From an uncultured Spirochaetota bacterium (lineage in GTDB: Bacteria; Spirochaetota; B62-G9; DRHN01): 64,000 nucleotides of DNA. The notes under the pieces are model-generated. The model saw nothing but the letters and a program-made list of their open reading frames with translations. It ran no database searches and was not told the DNA's origin. Position 1 is the first letter of the stretch. Each line of letters starts with the position of its first letter. This document shows, piece after piece, positions 28,484 to 38,267 of this stretch. The position numbers and the translations under genes were made by a program. The stretch covers positions 101,312-165,311 of the forward strand of contig CAYRKG010000001.1 of the NCBI GenBank assembly GCA_964424795.1, read 5' to 3'.

Positions 28484-31093
28484 ATGAAAAAATTCTATTC
28501 TTTCAGCAGCACAGAATACCTCGATAGCAAAGAGACAGGAGAAATTGTCGGCATACGTGGGAAAAGGATTATGGATCTTGCATCCCTAGGGGCTCCCATA
28601 CTCCCAGGCTTTATGCTTCCCAACGAAACAGTTAATGATCTGATTGCTTCATCATCAGATGCAAAAAAGTTTCTAATTGAACCTATTGCGAAAGTTGAAA
28701 GGATTCTGGGCAAACGGTATAATGATGAAAAGAATCCTCTTCTAATAAAAATTGTTGAAAGTCCACAGCTCAATATGATTCATGCATTTTCCATACATAA
28801 CATTGGCCTCTGTGATAAAACCATTGGCGGATTCATAAACTTCGTCGGGGAGGATTTTGGATACCACGAATATAGAAATATCCTGATTAAAATAACCGAG
28901 CTCGAGAAAAAGACAGATATTGATAATGAAAGATTGGGTAAGATTGATGAGTTTGCTAAGCAATTAAAATCCTCCAAGAAGCAGAAAAAAATTAAGGAAA
29001 CAATAGAGGAATACAAAAACCTGTACTCCAAGGAGATCTTTTCAAATGCCTATGATCAACTCTTCTTTATCATAAACCTTTTTCACTCATTCTTTCAAAA
29101 AAGCTCAAGTAATGTAGATTCCGCACTTCTACTCCAGGCAATGACCTTTGGTAATTATGGAGAGGAGAGCTACTTTGGTAGCTGCTTTACACGAGATATC
29201 ATAACAGGAGAAAACGAGATAAGTGGCCAATTCTTTGTAAATGCCTTTGATGCAACTGAAACTAAGGGAAAATCTGTTACAAAAATTGATGCTGTATACC
29301 TCGAAGAACTAAAACGGTTATCTTCCGAGCTGGAGAAATACTTTAAGGAAATCCGCCAGATCCGTTTTACTGTTGAAAATGGAAGATTTTATGTAATAGA
29401 TCAGATTCCTGTTCCCAATAAATCAACCCAGGCAGAAATTAAAACACTGCTCCATCTTCATTCGCAAAATATTGTTGACGACACATATGTTATCAATGCA
29501 ATAAAGCCTGGAAGACTCTCTGAAATCCTGCATCCTGTTATCGACCTTAAAAGTGCAGAAAAACTCCAAAAGATTCAGGGTGGAATCGCAGGAGCTGTTG
29601 GTGCTGCAATTGGAAAGGTATATTTTTCAACAGACGAGCTCCTTAAAGCATATAAGAGGGCTACTCAGACAAACGAGGATACCAATTTCATTCTTGCTAT
29701 GCCTGCATCCTTTGCAGAAGATGTGAAGGCAATTGAGGTTGCAAAAGGGGTACTTACAAGTGAAGGAGGCTATGCCTCTCACGCTCCAGTTGTTGCCAGG
29801 AGCCTTGGTAAGGTTTCACTGGTATATCCAGAGATCAGATTTGAAAAAAACTGCATTAAGATTGGAAAAAGGACAGTAAAAGAGGGTGAATACCTATCAA
29901 TAAATGTACCCTATTATGAAATACCATCAATATATTTCGGCAAAGTAGACCTCATCGAACCATCACCCGAGGGAAGCGGACTTTTGGAGTTTCTTGAAAT
30001 TGTTCAGAAGAATCTCGACGATTTCGATGTACATGCAAACGCCGACCAGCCGAAGGATGCTGAGCTTGCAAAGCTCTTCAAGGCAAAGGGAATAGGCCTG
30101 TGCAGAACTGAACATATGTTCTTTCATGAGAAGAGGATCAATACATTCAGGGCAATGATTATAGCTCAGGAAAGAAAAGAGAGGGAGAAGGCATTAGAAA
30201 AACTGAAAGAGATGCAGGTAGCAGACTTTTACAAACTCTTCAAGATTATGGAGGGACTTCCTGTTACAATAAGGCTTCTGGATGCTCCTCTTCATGAGTT
30301 TCTTCCACATACCAAGGAAAGTATGGCAGATTTTATTGCCTTCATGAAGGCTAAATATCCCAAGCTAAGTAAAGAGGAAATAAGGCTTCGCAGTGATATG
30401 CTCAAGGAGTTCAATCCCATGCTCGGTCACAGGGGGATTCGTATTGCAATCTCATATCCAGAAATCTACAATATGCAGGTAAGGGCTATATTCGAATCTG
30501 CATACAGCTTAAAGAAAGAAGGAATAGAGGTAATACCGGAGATTATGATCCCTCTGGTTATGAGCGCAAACGAGATTAAAACGATAAGGAACGGGAAAAA
30601 GATCGAGGGAAAATCGATACGTGGGATTAAGGATGTTGAAGAAGAGGTTCGTAAGAACTTTAAAAGCGACCCCATAGAGTACAAAGTGGGAACGATGATC
30701 GAGCTCCCTGCTGCAGCTTTACAGGCAGATAGAATTGCACGATATGCTGAGTTTTTCAGTTTTGGAACAAATGACCTGACACAAACAACAAACGGTCTCT
30801 CAAGAGACGATTTTAACTCATTCTTCACCGATTACAATGAGTTTGACCTCTTAGAGCAAAACCCCTTCAAGGTTTTGGGAGAGCAGGTAAAAGAGCTGAT
30901 CAAGCTTGCAGCAGAACGGGGAAAGCTCACAAGACCTGATATTGTAATGGGAATATGTGGAGAGCATGGTGCTGAGCCTGCAAATATACCTTTTGTGAAA
31001 CAGAACGGCTTAAACTACGTCTCCTGCTCACCATACGGCATACCGATAGCAAAGCTCGCCATTGCCCAGATGAATCTAAAGCAAGAAGCTTAA
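28484..31093 (+). CDS. ppdK: Pyruvate, phosphate dikinase
   Basis: 869 aa. Phosphohistidine motif TSEGGYASHAPVVARSLG, and the PEP/pyruvate domain motifs CRTEHMFF, FSFGTNDLTQ and GICGEHG. Confidence 0.9.
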   Translation: MKKFYSFSSTEYLDSKETGEIVGIRGKRIMDLASLGAPILPGFMLPNETVNDLIASSSDAKKFLIEPIAKVERILGKRYNDEKNPLLIKIVESPQLNMIHAFSIHNIGLCDKTIGGFINFVGEDFGYHEYRNILIKITELEKKTDIDNERLGKIDEFAKQLKSSKKQKKIKETIEEYKNLYSKEIFSNAYDQLFFIINLFHSFFQKSSSNVDSALLLQAMTFGNYGEESYFGSCFTRDIITGENEISGQFFVNAFDATETKGKSVTKIDAVYLEELKRLSSELEKYFKEIRQIRFTVENGRFYVIDQIPVPNKSTQAEIKTLLHLHSQNIVDDTYVINAIKPGRLSEILHPVIDLKSAEKLQKIQGGIAGAVGAAIGKVYFSTDELLKAYKRATQTNEDTNFILAMPASFAEDVKAIEVAKGVLTSEGGYASHAPVVARSLGKVSLVYPEIRFEKNCIKIGKRTVKEGEYLSINVPYYEIPSIYFGKVDLIEPSPEGSGLLEFLEIVQKNLDDFDVHANADQPKDAELAKLFKAKGIGLCRTEHMFFHEKRINTFRAMIIAQERKEREKALEKLKEMQVADFYKLFKIMEGLPVTIRLLDAPLHEFLPHTKESMADFIAFMKAKYPKLSKEEIRLRSDMLKEFNPMLGHRGIRIAISYPEIYNMQVRAIFESAYSLKKEGIEVIPEIMIPLVMSANEIKTIRNGKKIEGKSIRGIKDVEEEVRKNFKSDPIEYKVGTMIELPAAALQADRIARYAEFFSFGTNDLTQTTNGLSRDDFNSFFTDYNEFDLLEQNPFKVLGEQVKELIKLAAERGKLTRPDIVMGICGEHGAEPANIPFVKQNGLNYVSCSPYGIPIAKLAIAQMNLKQEA

Positions 31094-31212
31094 AACTTCG
31101 GTTGTACCAAGATAGGGACAGCGCCTGTTTTTACTTCTTCTCTGGGTATTTAGTGCCATTTTCTCACATATTGAGTAACATAGCATTTAACTATTGATAT
31201 AGTTATACATTA
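30743..31212 (+). repeat. Direct repeat copy A (3' end of ppdK plus ~120 nt downstream)
   Basis: 30743-31080 is identical base-for-base to 46973-47310. After a divergent patch at the stop codon (including an indel), similarity resumes to 31212/47425. Confidence 0.9.
31115..31132 (+). terminator. Weak terminator-like hairpin after ppdK
   Basis: GGGACAG-cgc-CTGTTTTT. It is conserved in copy B as GGGACAG-ctc-CTGTTTTT. Confidence 0.35.
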
Positions 31213-31995
31213 TAGTATTAGCAAGATCACTATCAAGAAGTTTGACCAGTCATTCTTTCTCATCAGAGTTCAATCCATTAAAAACTTCCCTGAACTATGT
31301 AAGATGCTTCTTTAAATATATCTATCTACATCAAGAATATATCGCTTCTTCTCTTCAATCTTCACACCCCATTGGTTCTTATCAATTCCTTTTGTTTAAT
31401 CAGATTTATGTTAGATTTTAAACAAAAAGGTTGTATTATTAACATAGTTTTTATATATTTATAAAAGTATTCTAAAGCAATATTTGCTTCATTACAAATC
31501 ATAAAAGTTCTTACGCTTTATCTTGTTTTCTGTACGACCATCGGTAAAATTTATCTTTCATCTAATTCGGTTATATGTACTTTGGGATTATTTACGTGTA
31601 TAACTTGTTTTGTAGTTTACTTAGTTATGTATGTCGCTACATTTTGGGAATTACTCTCTGCATTAATCAATCTTAATTTTTAACCAACAGTAAGTGAGGA
31701 TTATTTTTTGGTTGTTCTTGCGGTAGTGTTCTTAAGAAGTACTCCTCTATACGGAAGTGTAGGTCGACATTTGGTGGATATTTTGATTTAATTATTAGTG
31801 GCTTTTTAAAAACAAGTATAATTATTGTTAAGCTTCCAGGGATCTACATAGAATTAGTAGACGGTTTATAATTATTTATGCAATAATCGGTTATAGGTAT
31901 GGGACTTAAAAGAGCAGGCCTGTTTAATAAAATAGAAAAGAAAAATGATGAGGTTTTAATTAATCGATTAAAGCTATAAACATAGGAGGTATAAA

Positions 31996-32817
31996 ATGAA
32001 ATTATCATTCAATACATGGGTTTATTCTAGCTTCCCTGCATGGTTACCTGCATATCCTATTGGGTATATCATAGAAAGTTTGGCAAAAATAGGGTATGAT
32101 GGTATTGAGTTGGGCTGCGCGAGTCCGGTTGCCTATCCACCATATATGACTAAAGCAGATCGGGAACGTATAGTGAACTTACTGAAAGAAAATAACATTA
32201 GTATCTCATCAGTTCTTCCAGCTCCTGGTGGAGGATGTGGGAATAATGTGGCAAGCCCTATTGAAGCAGAGAGAAAACAAGCGATTCAGAGTTACAAAGA
32301 TTGTATTGATCTTGCAAGTGATTTAGGTGGTAACCTGTGTCTTTATGTGGGCGGATGGGTGATATGGGGTGTTGATCAAGACCAAGCATGGGAATGGTCA
32401 AGGGAATGTTTGATTGAGATAGCAAAGCACGGAAAGGCAAAAGGGGTGATTTTGGCTATTGAACCTACACCCGCCGATAGTAATCTAGTCGAAACAGCAG
32501 ACGATGCTTTAAAACTTATGCGAGAATCCAAAATGGATAATGTGAAAGTAATGTTTGATACGATTCACGCTCTGTACCGTAAGGAAATACCATCTGATTA
32601 TGTTGACAAGATGGGTAATGATCTCATACATGTGCATATCTCTGATCTGGATCGTATGCCTCCCGGCACATATACAGACTTTTCTTTTTTTATTGACGCT
32701 TTACGAGCTGTGAGATATCCAGGATACCTCACAATGGAAATAGGACTTGGTGGACGTGGTATAGATGGGAACAGCTTTGCAAAGAAAGCATATGACTATA
32801 TGAAAAGCATTTTGTAA
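31996..32817 (+). CDS. Sugar phosphate isomerase/epimerase (xylose isomerase-like TIM barrel)
   Basis: 273 aa, strong AGGAGG RBS. Typical AP_endonuc_2 layout (GYDGIELG..., LAIEPTP, HVHISD, LTMEI). Confidence 0.7.
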   Translation: MKLSFNTWVYSSFPAWLPAYPIGYIIESLAKIGYDGIELGCASPVAYPPYMTKADRERIVNLLKENNISISSVLPAPGGGCGNNVASPIEAERKQAIQSYKDCIDLASDLGGNLCLYVGGWVIWGVDQDQAWEWSRECLIEIAKHGKAKGVILAIEPTPADSNLVETADDALKLMRESKMDNVKVMFDTIHALYRKEIPSDYVDKMGNDLIHVHISDLDRMPPGTYTDFSFFIDALRAVRYPGYLTMEIGLGGRGIDGNSFAKKAYDYMKSIL

Positions 32818-32913
32818 TCTCATAACCATGTTAGTAATACAATGATTTAGTTTTTAATTGTAGTGAGTCAAATTGTTATTTTATCAAGCATATCGTCTAT
32901 AGAAGCATTGATC

Positions 32914-34878
32914 ATGAGTATTGATGTTCGATTTGATAAGCTTTTTTCAGAATTTAGAATAAAAAACCAGTTTTTAAAAAATAGAATAGTCTTTTTGCCC
33001 CATTATACAGGCTTAGCAAAAAGGGAGAGTCTTCCCAGCGAAAATGAGATTTATTATTATACAGAAAGAGCTAAAGGAGGGACAGGTTTAATTATTGCTG
33101 GAAATTATGCTGTAAGCAAAAGTGGACAGATGCACTGTACTTTTATCGATGCATCAGATAATGAAGTTATCCCTAATTTTAAAAAAACAGCAAAGCTTGT
33201 TCACCAATATGGAGCAAAGATTTTTGGACAACTCACGCATGCTGGGCCTACCAAAATGGAAATTCCTCAACCTGATCTATGGGCTCCTTCCCAGGTAATA
33301 GAGGGAAGTTCTGGAACATATACTAAGAAAGTTGATTTAGATGAAATAAAGGATGTGGTTTTTTCATTCAAAAAAGCAGCGCAAAATCTCGTGAGAAGTG
33401 ACTTTGATGGTGTTGAACTGAAGATAGGGCATGATGGGATCCTAAGGGCATTTATCTCTCCCCATTACAATAAAAGAAATGATGAGTATGGAGGAAGCTT
33501 TAAGAATAGGTTGCGAATAATAATAGAAATTATAAAGGCTGTTCGGAGTATCCTGAACGATCATCATGTACTTGGTATTCGTTTATGTATGGATGAATTT
33601 GAAGATGGTGGCTATGATCTGAAATACGCTATTGAGGTTGCAAAGTATTTAGAGACACATGGTCCAATTGATTATGTCAGTACAGATGCTGGTACAACAT
33701 GGGTTAGTTTCATTATGCAGATTCCACCGATGAGTATTCCACTTGGATATGCCGAATATATGGCAGCAGCTCTTAAAAAAGAAATCAAAGTTCCGGTAAT
33801 CACTTTTGGTAGGATAAACGATCCAGTGCAAGCTGAACAGATTCTTCAAAATGATAGTGCAGACCTCATCGGAATGGCAAGACAACTTGTATGTGATCCT
33901 GAGATGCCTAATAAAGCAAAAGCAGGAAACCTCGATGGTATTAGGAAATGTATAGCCTGTCTGGATGGATGTGGGATCCAAACAACTCTCAATCAACCTA
34001 TACGATGCATTCAGTGTATTTCAGTCGGTAATGAGAAAGAGTACGGAATTGGTACATTGAAAAAAGCAAAAAACAAGAAACGAATAATCATTGTGGGAGG
34101 TGGAGTAGCAGGTATGAAAGCAGCAGGAATTGCTGCTAAAAGAGGACACAGTGTGATGTTGTTCGAAAGAGATAGCTTCCTTGGCGGTCAGCTCAACCTC
34201 GTAAAAAAAATACCATTTCGAAATGAATTTTCTGAGGTAGTGCGTTACCTCGACTTTCAACTTAAAAATATCGAAAATGTGAATATCCAACTCAATACGG
34301 AGGCCACAGAAGATCTTATCCTTGATGAATCACCTGATGTTGTTATTATTGCAACAGGCTCTACCAGGAATGTACCGCTCAATTTCAGAAATAAAAAAAC
34401 CGCAACAAGCTGGGATGTTCTTAGTGAGCGAATAGAAATAAAGAAAGAGGTTGTAATCTTCGATCAGCTTGCCAAATCAGAAGGAGTTGGAGTAGCAGAG
34501 TATATCACAGAATATTATGAAGATATAAATATTATGTTTTTTACTCCTGCCTCACATGCTGCTGAGGATATGCATTTCCTCAATCAGGATATTATTTGCA
34601 GAAAGCTTTTTTCAAAGAATATTACGTTTTATCCCTATTATGAGTTAAAGCAAGTTAAACCAAACAAAATTACCTTTCTGCACAGGTATACCAGAAAAGA
34701 ATTCATCATACACAAATACGATAATTTTATTTTTGTTGGTGATATGTACTCAAATGATATGCTTTACTGGAAACTGAAAGGGAAAATAAAAGAACTTTAC
34801 AGAATAGGCGATGCATGTGCTCCAAGGATTGTTGAGTTTGCAATTCATAGCGCTGAAAGGCTTGCAAGAAGCATTTAA
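32914..34878 (+). CDS. FadH/2-enoate-reductase-like flavoprotein (OYE-type FMN domain + 4Fe-4S + FAD/NAD(P) domain)
   Basis: 654 aa from ATG 32914; the track ORF starts at GTG 32863. OYE-like N-terminal part (NRIVFLPHYTG, GQLTHAGP, DGVELKIGHDG), a Cys cluster (CIACLDGCGIQ...IRCIQC) and a dinucleotide fold (IIIVGGGVAGMKAA). Confidence 0.75.
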   Translation: MSIDVRFDKLFSEFRIKNQFLKNRIVFLPHYTGLAKRESLPSENEIYYYTERAKGGTGLIIAGNYAVSKSGQMHCTFIDASDNEVIPNFKKTAKLVHQYGAKIFGQLTHAGPTKMEIPQPDLWAPSQVIEGSSGTYTKKVDLDEIKDVVFSFKKAAQNLVRSDFDGVELKIGHDGILRAFISPHYNKRNDEYGGSFKNRLRIIIEIIKAVRSILNDHHVLGIRLCMDEFEDGGYDLKYAIEVAKYLETHGPIDYVSTDAGTTWVSFIMQIPPMSIPLGYAEYMAAALKKEIKVPVITFGRINDPVQAEQILQNDSADLIGMARQLVCDPEMPNKAKAGNLDGIRKCIACLDGCGIQTTLNQPIRCIQCISVGNEKEYGIGTLKKAKNKKRIIIVGGGVAGMKAAGIAAKRGHSVMLFERDSFLGGQLNLVKKIPFRNEFSEVVRYLDFQLKNIENVNIQLNTEATEDLILDESPDVVIIATGSTRNVPLNFRNKKTATSWDVLSERIEIKKEVVIFDQLAKSEGVGVAEYITEYYEDINIMFFTPASHAAEDMHFLNQDIICRKLFSKNITFYPYYELKQVKPNKITFLHRYTRKEFIIHKYDNFIFVGDMYSNDMLYWKLKGKIKELYRIGDACAPRIVEFAIHSAERLARSI

Positions 34879-34899
34879 TTCTATTCATCAGGATTTACT

Positions 34900-35769
34900 A
34901 TGGACGATATAATGGTATGTGTAAAACAAGTGCCCAATACCATGAATATTAAGCTTGATCCTGAAACACACACCTTAATAAGAGAGGGCGTTGCATCCAT
35001 AATGAATCCCTTCGATGAGTTTGCGCTTGATATAGCATTAGACTGCAAAGATAGATATGGTGTTAAGGTTGGTGTTCTCACTATGGGTCCGATTCAAGCG
35101 AAAGAAATCCTCCGATACTGCATAGAAAAAGGAGTTGATGAAGCATATCTCTTAACAGATAGCAGACTTGCCGGCTCAGATACACTGGTAACGGCAAAAG
35201 CACTGTATACTGTGATTGTAAAAACAAGTTATAAAAATATATTCTGTGGCCAGGAGTCTATTGACAGCAGCACTGGACATATCGGCCCTAGTCTGGCTGA
35301 ACTTTTAGGTCTTCCTCAGGTTGTTTATGTAACTGAAATAATAGATTTGAAAGGTGGGTGGATGAAAGTAAGGTGCAAACTGGAGAAGGTATCACAAATA
35401 GTAAAGGTAAAACTTCCTGCAGTATTCACCTTCAGGAAGACCTCTCGAAAGCTAAGACCAAAGCAAACAAAGGCTTATAAATCAAAGTTAAAGGTATTCG
35501 GACTTGACAAGGTAACACTAGATGAAAATGAGGTGGGAATCAAAGGCTCACCTACTCGGGTTATTGATATAGTAATAGATGAAAGTGCATTGAACTATAT
35601 AAAAATGGATGAGAATCTTTCAGCTTATGAAAGAATAAAATACATAATGAACGGTGGTGTTGAAAAAAAAGAAAACAGGATAATGTTGAAGGGCAGTTCG
35701 AAGAATACGATACAAATACTTCTGGAAAAACTGGGATTAGATTATAGTAATATCAAGAACAAAGGTTAA
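34900..35769 (+). CDS. etfB: Electron transfer flavoprotein beta subunit
   Basis: 289 aa. IMVCVKQVPN..., MNPFDEFALD, GQESIDSSTGHIGP. Confidence 0.8.
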   Translation: MDDIMVCVKQVPNTMNIKLDPETHTLIREGVASIMNPFDEFALDIALDCKDRYGVKVGVLTMGPIQAKEILRYCIEKGVDEAYLLTDSRLAGSDTLVTAKALYTVIVKTSYKNIFCGQESIDSSTGHIGPSLAELLGLPQVVYVTEIIDLKGGWMKVRCKLEKVSQIVKVKLPAVFTFRKTSRKLRPKQTKAYKSKLKVFGLDKVTLDENEVGIKGSPTRVIDIVIDESALNYIKMDENLSAYERIKYIMNGGVEKKENRIMLKGSSKNTIQILLEKLGLDYSNIKNKG

Positions 35770-35789
35770 TTACCAGAGGAATAGCAGAG

Positions 35790-36983
35790 ATGCAGGTAAG
35801 TCCTATTTACATTGTTGATGAGTTGTGTGATGGATGCGGAGCTTGTAAGAATATCTGTGTATACGATGCTGTTAGTTTAGAGAATAGGAAGGCTATTATT
35901 GATATTGATAAATGTACCCTATGTATGATGTGTGTAAAGGTATGCAAGGTAAAAGCAATAAATATTACAGAGATAAAAAAGGATAGTGATGTATTTGGAT
36001 ACAGAGGTGTATGGGTATTCATTGAATATCAAGAAGATAAAATTACTCCCGGATGTCTTCAGATATTAAGTAAAGGTTATAAATTAGCAGCAAAACTCAA
36101 TCAGGAATTAACTGCAGTGATAGTGGGAAGTTCAAATGAAAAAGTTGAGGAAATTAAGGATGTGGTTGATGAATATGGTGCTGATTCGGTTATTTTTTTA
36201 TATTCACAAGCCATTCATTCCTATCAGGTAGAGGATGTTGCTAATATAGTATCTACAGAGATACTCCTGAGAAAACCTGCTATAGTATTGTTTCTTGGAT
36301 CGTTTCTTGGAAGAGTGCTTGCCCCTAGGATAGCGGCCAAGGTGAAGACCGGTCTTACGGCGGACTGTACAGACCTCTATATCGATTATGAGGGTAAACT
36401 AGTGCAGGTGAGACCTACCTATGGCGGTAAGATCCTTGCGTCCATTGTGTGCCCATATGATAGGCCTCAGATGGCATCGGTAAGATCTAATATTTTTGAA
36501 AGTAAAAAAATTAAAAAGAATCACAAATGTGCTTCAATTCTGCTAAAGGAAGTGTGGGTTAATTCAATAGATAAAGTTAAAAGTATCGTCAATACCTTCG
36601 ACGATGAAACCAGTAATTTGGGGATAGATGAAGCTCGAATTATAGTATGTGGTGGTTATGGAGTAGGGTCCAAGGAGGGATTTAATCTTCTAAAGCAGTT
36701 AGCAGACAAGCTTGGAGGAGTAGTTGCAGGTACAAGAAGCGTGGTTGATGAGGGATGGCTTGATTTTTCTCATCAGATAGGTCAGACCGGTAAAACTGTA
36801 AGACCGATGATATATATTGGATGTGGGGTATCTGGAGCAATCCATCATCTCATTGGCATGAAAAACTCAAAATTTATTATTGCGATTAATAGAGATTCTA
36901 ATGCCCCAATATTTAAATATGCAGATATAGGAGTAGTTGCTGATTTGTTTGAGTTAGTGCCTAGGTTAATTGAAAGCTTTTAA
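35790..36983 (+). CDS. etfA: Electron transfer flavoprotein alpha subunit with an N-terminal 2x[4Fe-4S] ferredoxin domain
   Basis: 397 aa. CDGCGACKNICVYDA and CTLCMMCVKVCKVKA, followed by the EtfA core (IVCGGYGVGS, AGTRSVVDEGW, QIGQTGKTVRP, YIGCGVSGAIHH). Confidence 0.8.
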   Translation: MQVSPIYIVDELCDGCGACKNICVYDAVSLENRKAIIDIDKCTLCMMCVKVCKVKAINITEIKKDSDVFGYRGVWVFIEYQEDKITPGCLQILSKGYKLAAKLNQELTAVIVGSSNEKVEEIKDVVDEYGADSVIFLYSQAIHSYQVEDVANIVSTEILLRKPAIVLFLGSFLGRVLAPRIAAKVKTGLTADCTDLYIDYEGKLVQVRPTYGGKILASIVCPYDRPQMASVRSNIFESKKIKKNHKCASILLKEVWVNSIDKVKSIVNTFDDETSNLGIDEARIIVCGGYGVGSKEGFNLLKQLADKLGGVVAGTRSVVDEGWLDFSHQIGQTGKTVRPMIYIGCGVSGAIHHLIGMKNSKFIIAINRDSNAPIFKYADIGVVADLFELVPRLIESF

Positions 36984-37065
36984 TAACACTAGGAGAACGT
37001 ACAAGAGATATTTGTATAGATGTTTGAAATGTATTGATAATTATTTAACTGTAAAGGAGGAGTAT

Positions 37066-38034
37066 ATGAAGCTTGGGCTTAAGTCTAATTGCTATAATGA
37101 TAAAAGTTGGGAAAAAACTTTAGATATTCTAAAAGAAAAAGGTATAAGTGCTGTCGAGCCCGGTGCTGGAGGATTTAATGGAAAGGCACATTGTAATCCC
37201 GCTGAATTGCTAAAAGATTCCGCGTCTATGAAAAAATTCAAAGAAGCTGCTGATAAACGAGAGATAGAGATAACCGCATTGGCTGTACACGGAAACCCTC
37301 TTCACCCACAAAAATCGTTTTCTAAAGAGCATACAGGTGATGTGGAAGCAGCAATAGAACTCGCTGGTAAGTTGGGTATAAAGGCTATAACCTGTTTTGC
37401 CGGCTGCCCTGGTGCGAGTGAGGAGTCAAGGGAGCCTAATTGGATTACCTGTCCATTCCCTCCCTATTTTGGAGATTCAGTTATCTGGCAATGGAAGCAG
37501 AGGGTGATACCATTCTGGAAAGAGATGGCAAAAAAAGCTAAAAAATCAAAAGTAAAAATTGGATTCGAGATGCATCCGGGTGATGTAGTCTATAATACTG
37601 AAACATTACTTATGCTCAGAGAGCAAGTCGGCGCGGAAGAAATAGCATGTAACTTTGACCCAAGCCATCTTTTTTGGCAAGGCATGGATCCTATTGAATC
37701 TATAATGAACCTGAAAGAAATGATTGTTCATGTACACGCAAAGGATTGTAAGATTAATAACAGAGTCGTCAAGATTCGGGGTGTAAATGATTGGAAGCAT
37801 TATGGGGATATAGCAAACAGAGCATGGACGTTCAGAACAGTGGGATACGGGCACGGATTTGAGTTCTGGAATGATTTTGTGAGTATATTACGACTTATAG
37901 GCTATGATTGGGTATTGAGTATTGAACATGAAGATCCATTAATGTCAGTAAATGAAGGATTGGAAAAATCAATAGAGTTTCTCAATGATGTTTTAATTCA
38001 TGAACCGGTAGGGAAAAAGTGGTGGGAGATTTAA
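37066..38034 (+). CDS. Xylose isomerase-like TIM-barrel protein (paralogue of 45451-46527)
   Basis: 322 aa from the ATG after an AAGGAGG RBS; the track ORF starts upstream at 36970. Motifs HGNPLHP, FEMHPG, NFDPSHLFWQGMDPI, HVHAKD and LSIEHED. Confidence 0.7.
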   Translation: MKLGLKSNCYNDKSWEKTLDILKEKGISAVEPGAGGFNGKAHCNPAELLKDSASMKKFKEAADKREIEITALAVHGNPLHPQKSFSKEHTGDVEAAIELAGKLGIKAITCFAGCPGASEESREPNWITCPFPPYFGDSVIWQWKQRVIPFWKEMAKKAKKSKVKIGFEMHPGDVVYNTETLLMLREQVGAEEIACNFDPSHLFWQGMDPIESIMNLKEMIVHVHAKDCKINNRVVKIRGVNDWKHYGDIANRAWTFRTVGYGHGFEFWNDFVSILRLIGYDWVLSIEHEDPLMSVNEGLEKSIEFLNDVLIHEPVGKKWWEI

Positions 38035-38267
38035 ACGTCATTATATTGGAAACCCTATAAATATTTGAATAATTTTCCGGTTAAGACTAGTATAAATATA
38101 TCGGTTAAAACTGGAAAATTTCTATCGGTGTGGACACTTTGGCTAATTAAGACCCTCATAACTACATGTGATCAATTAAAACTATCGAAATTAGTTTTAT
38201 CTTTTCAAAAGATCAATCGTTAAGAATAAATATTAAAAGCTGATTTATTAAAAATTATTGTCTGCTT

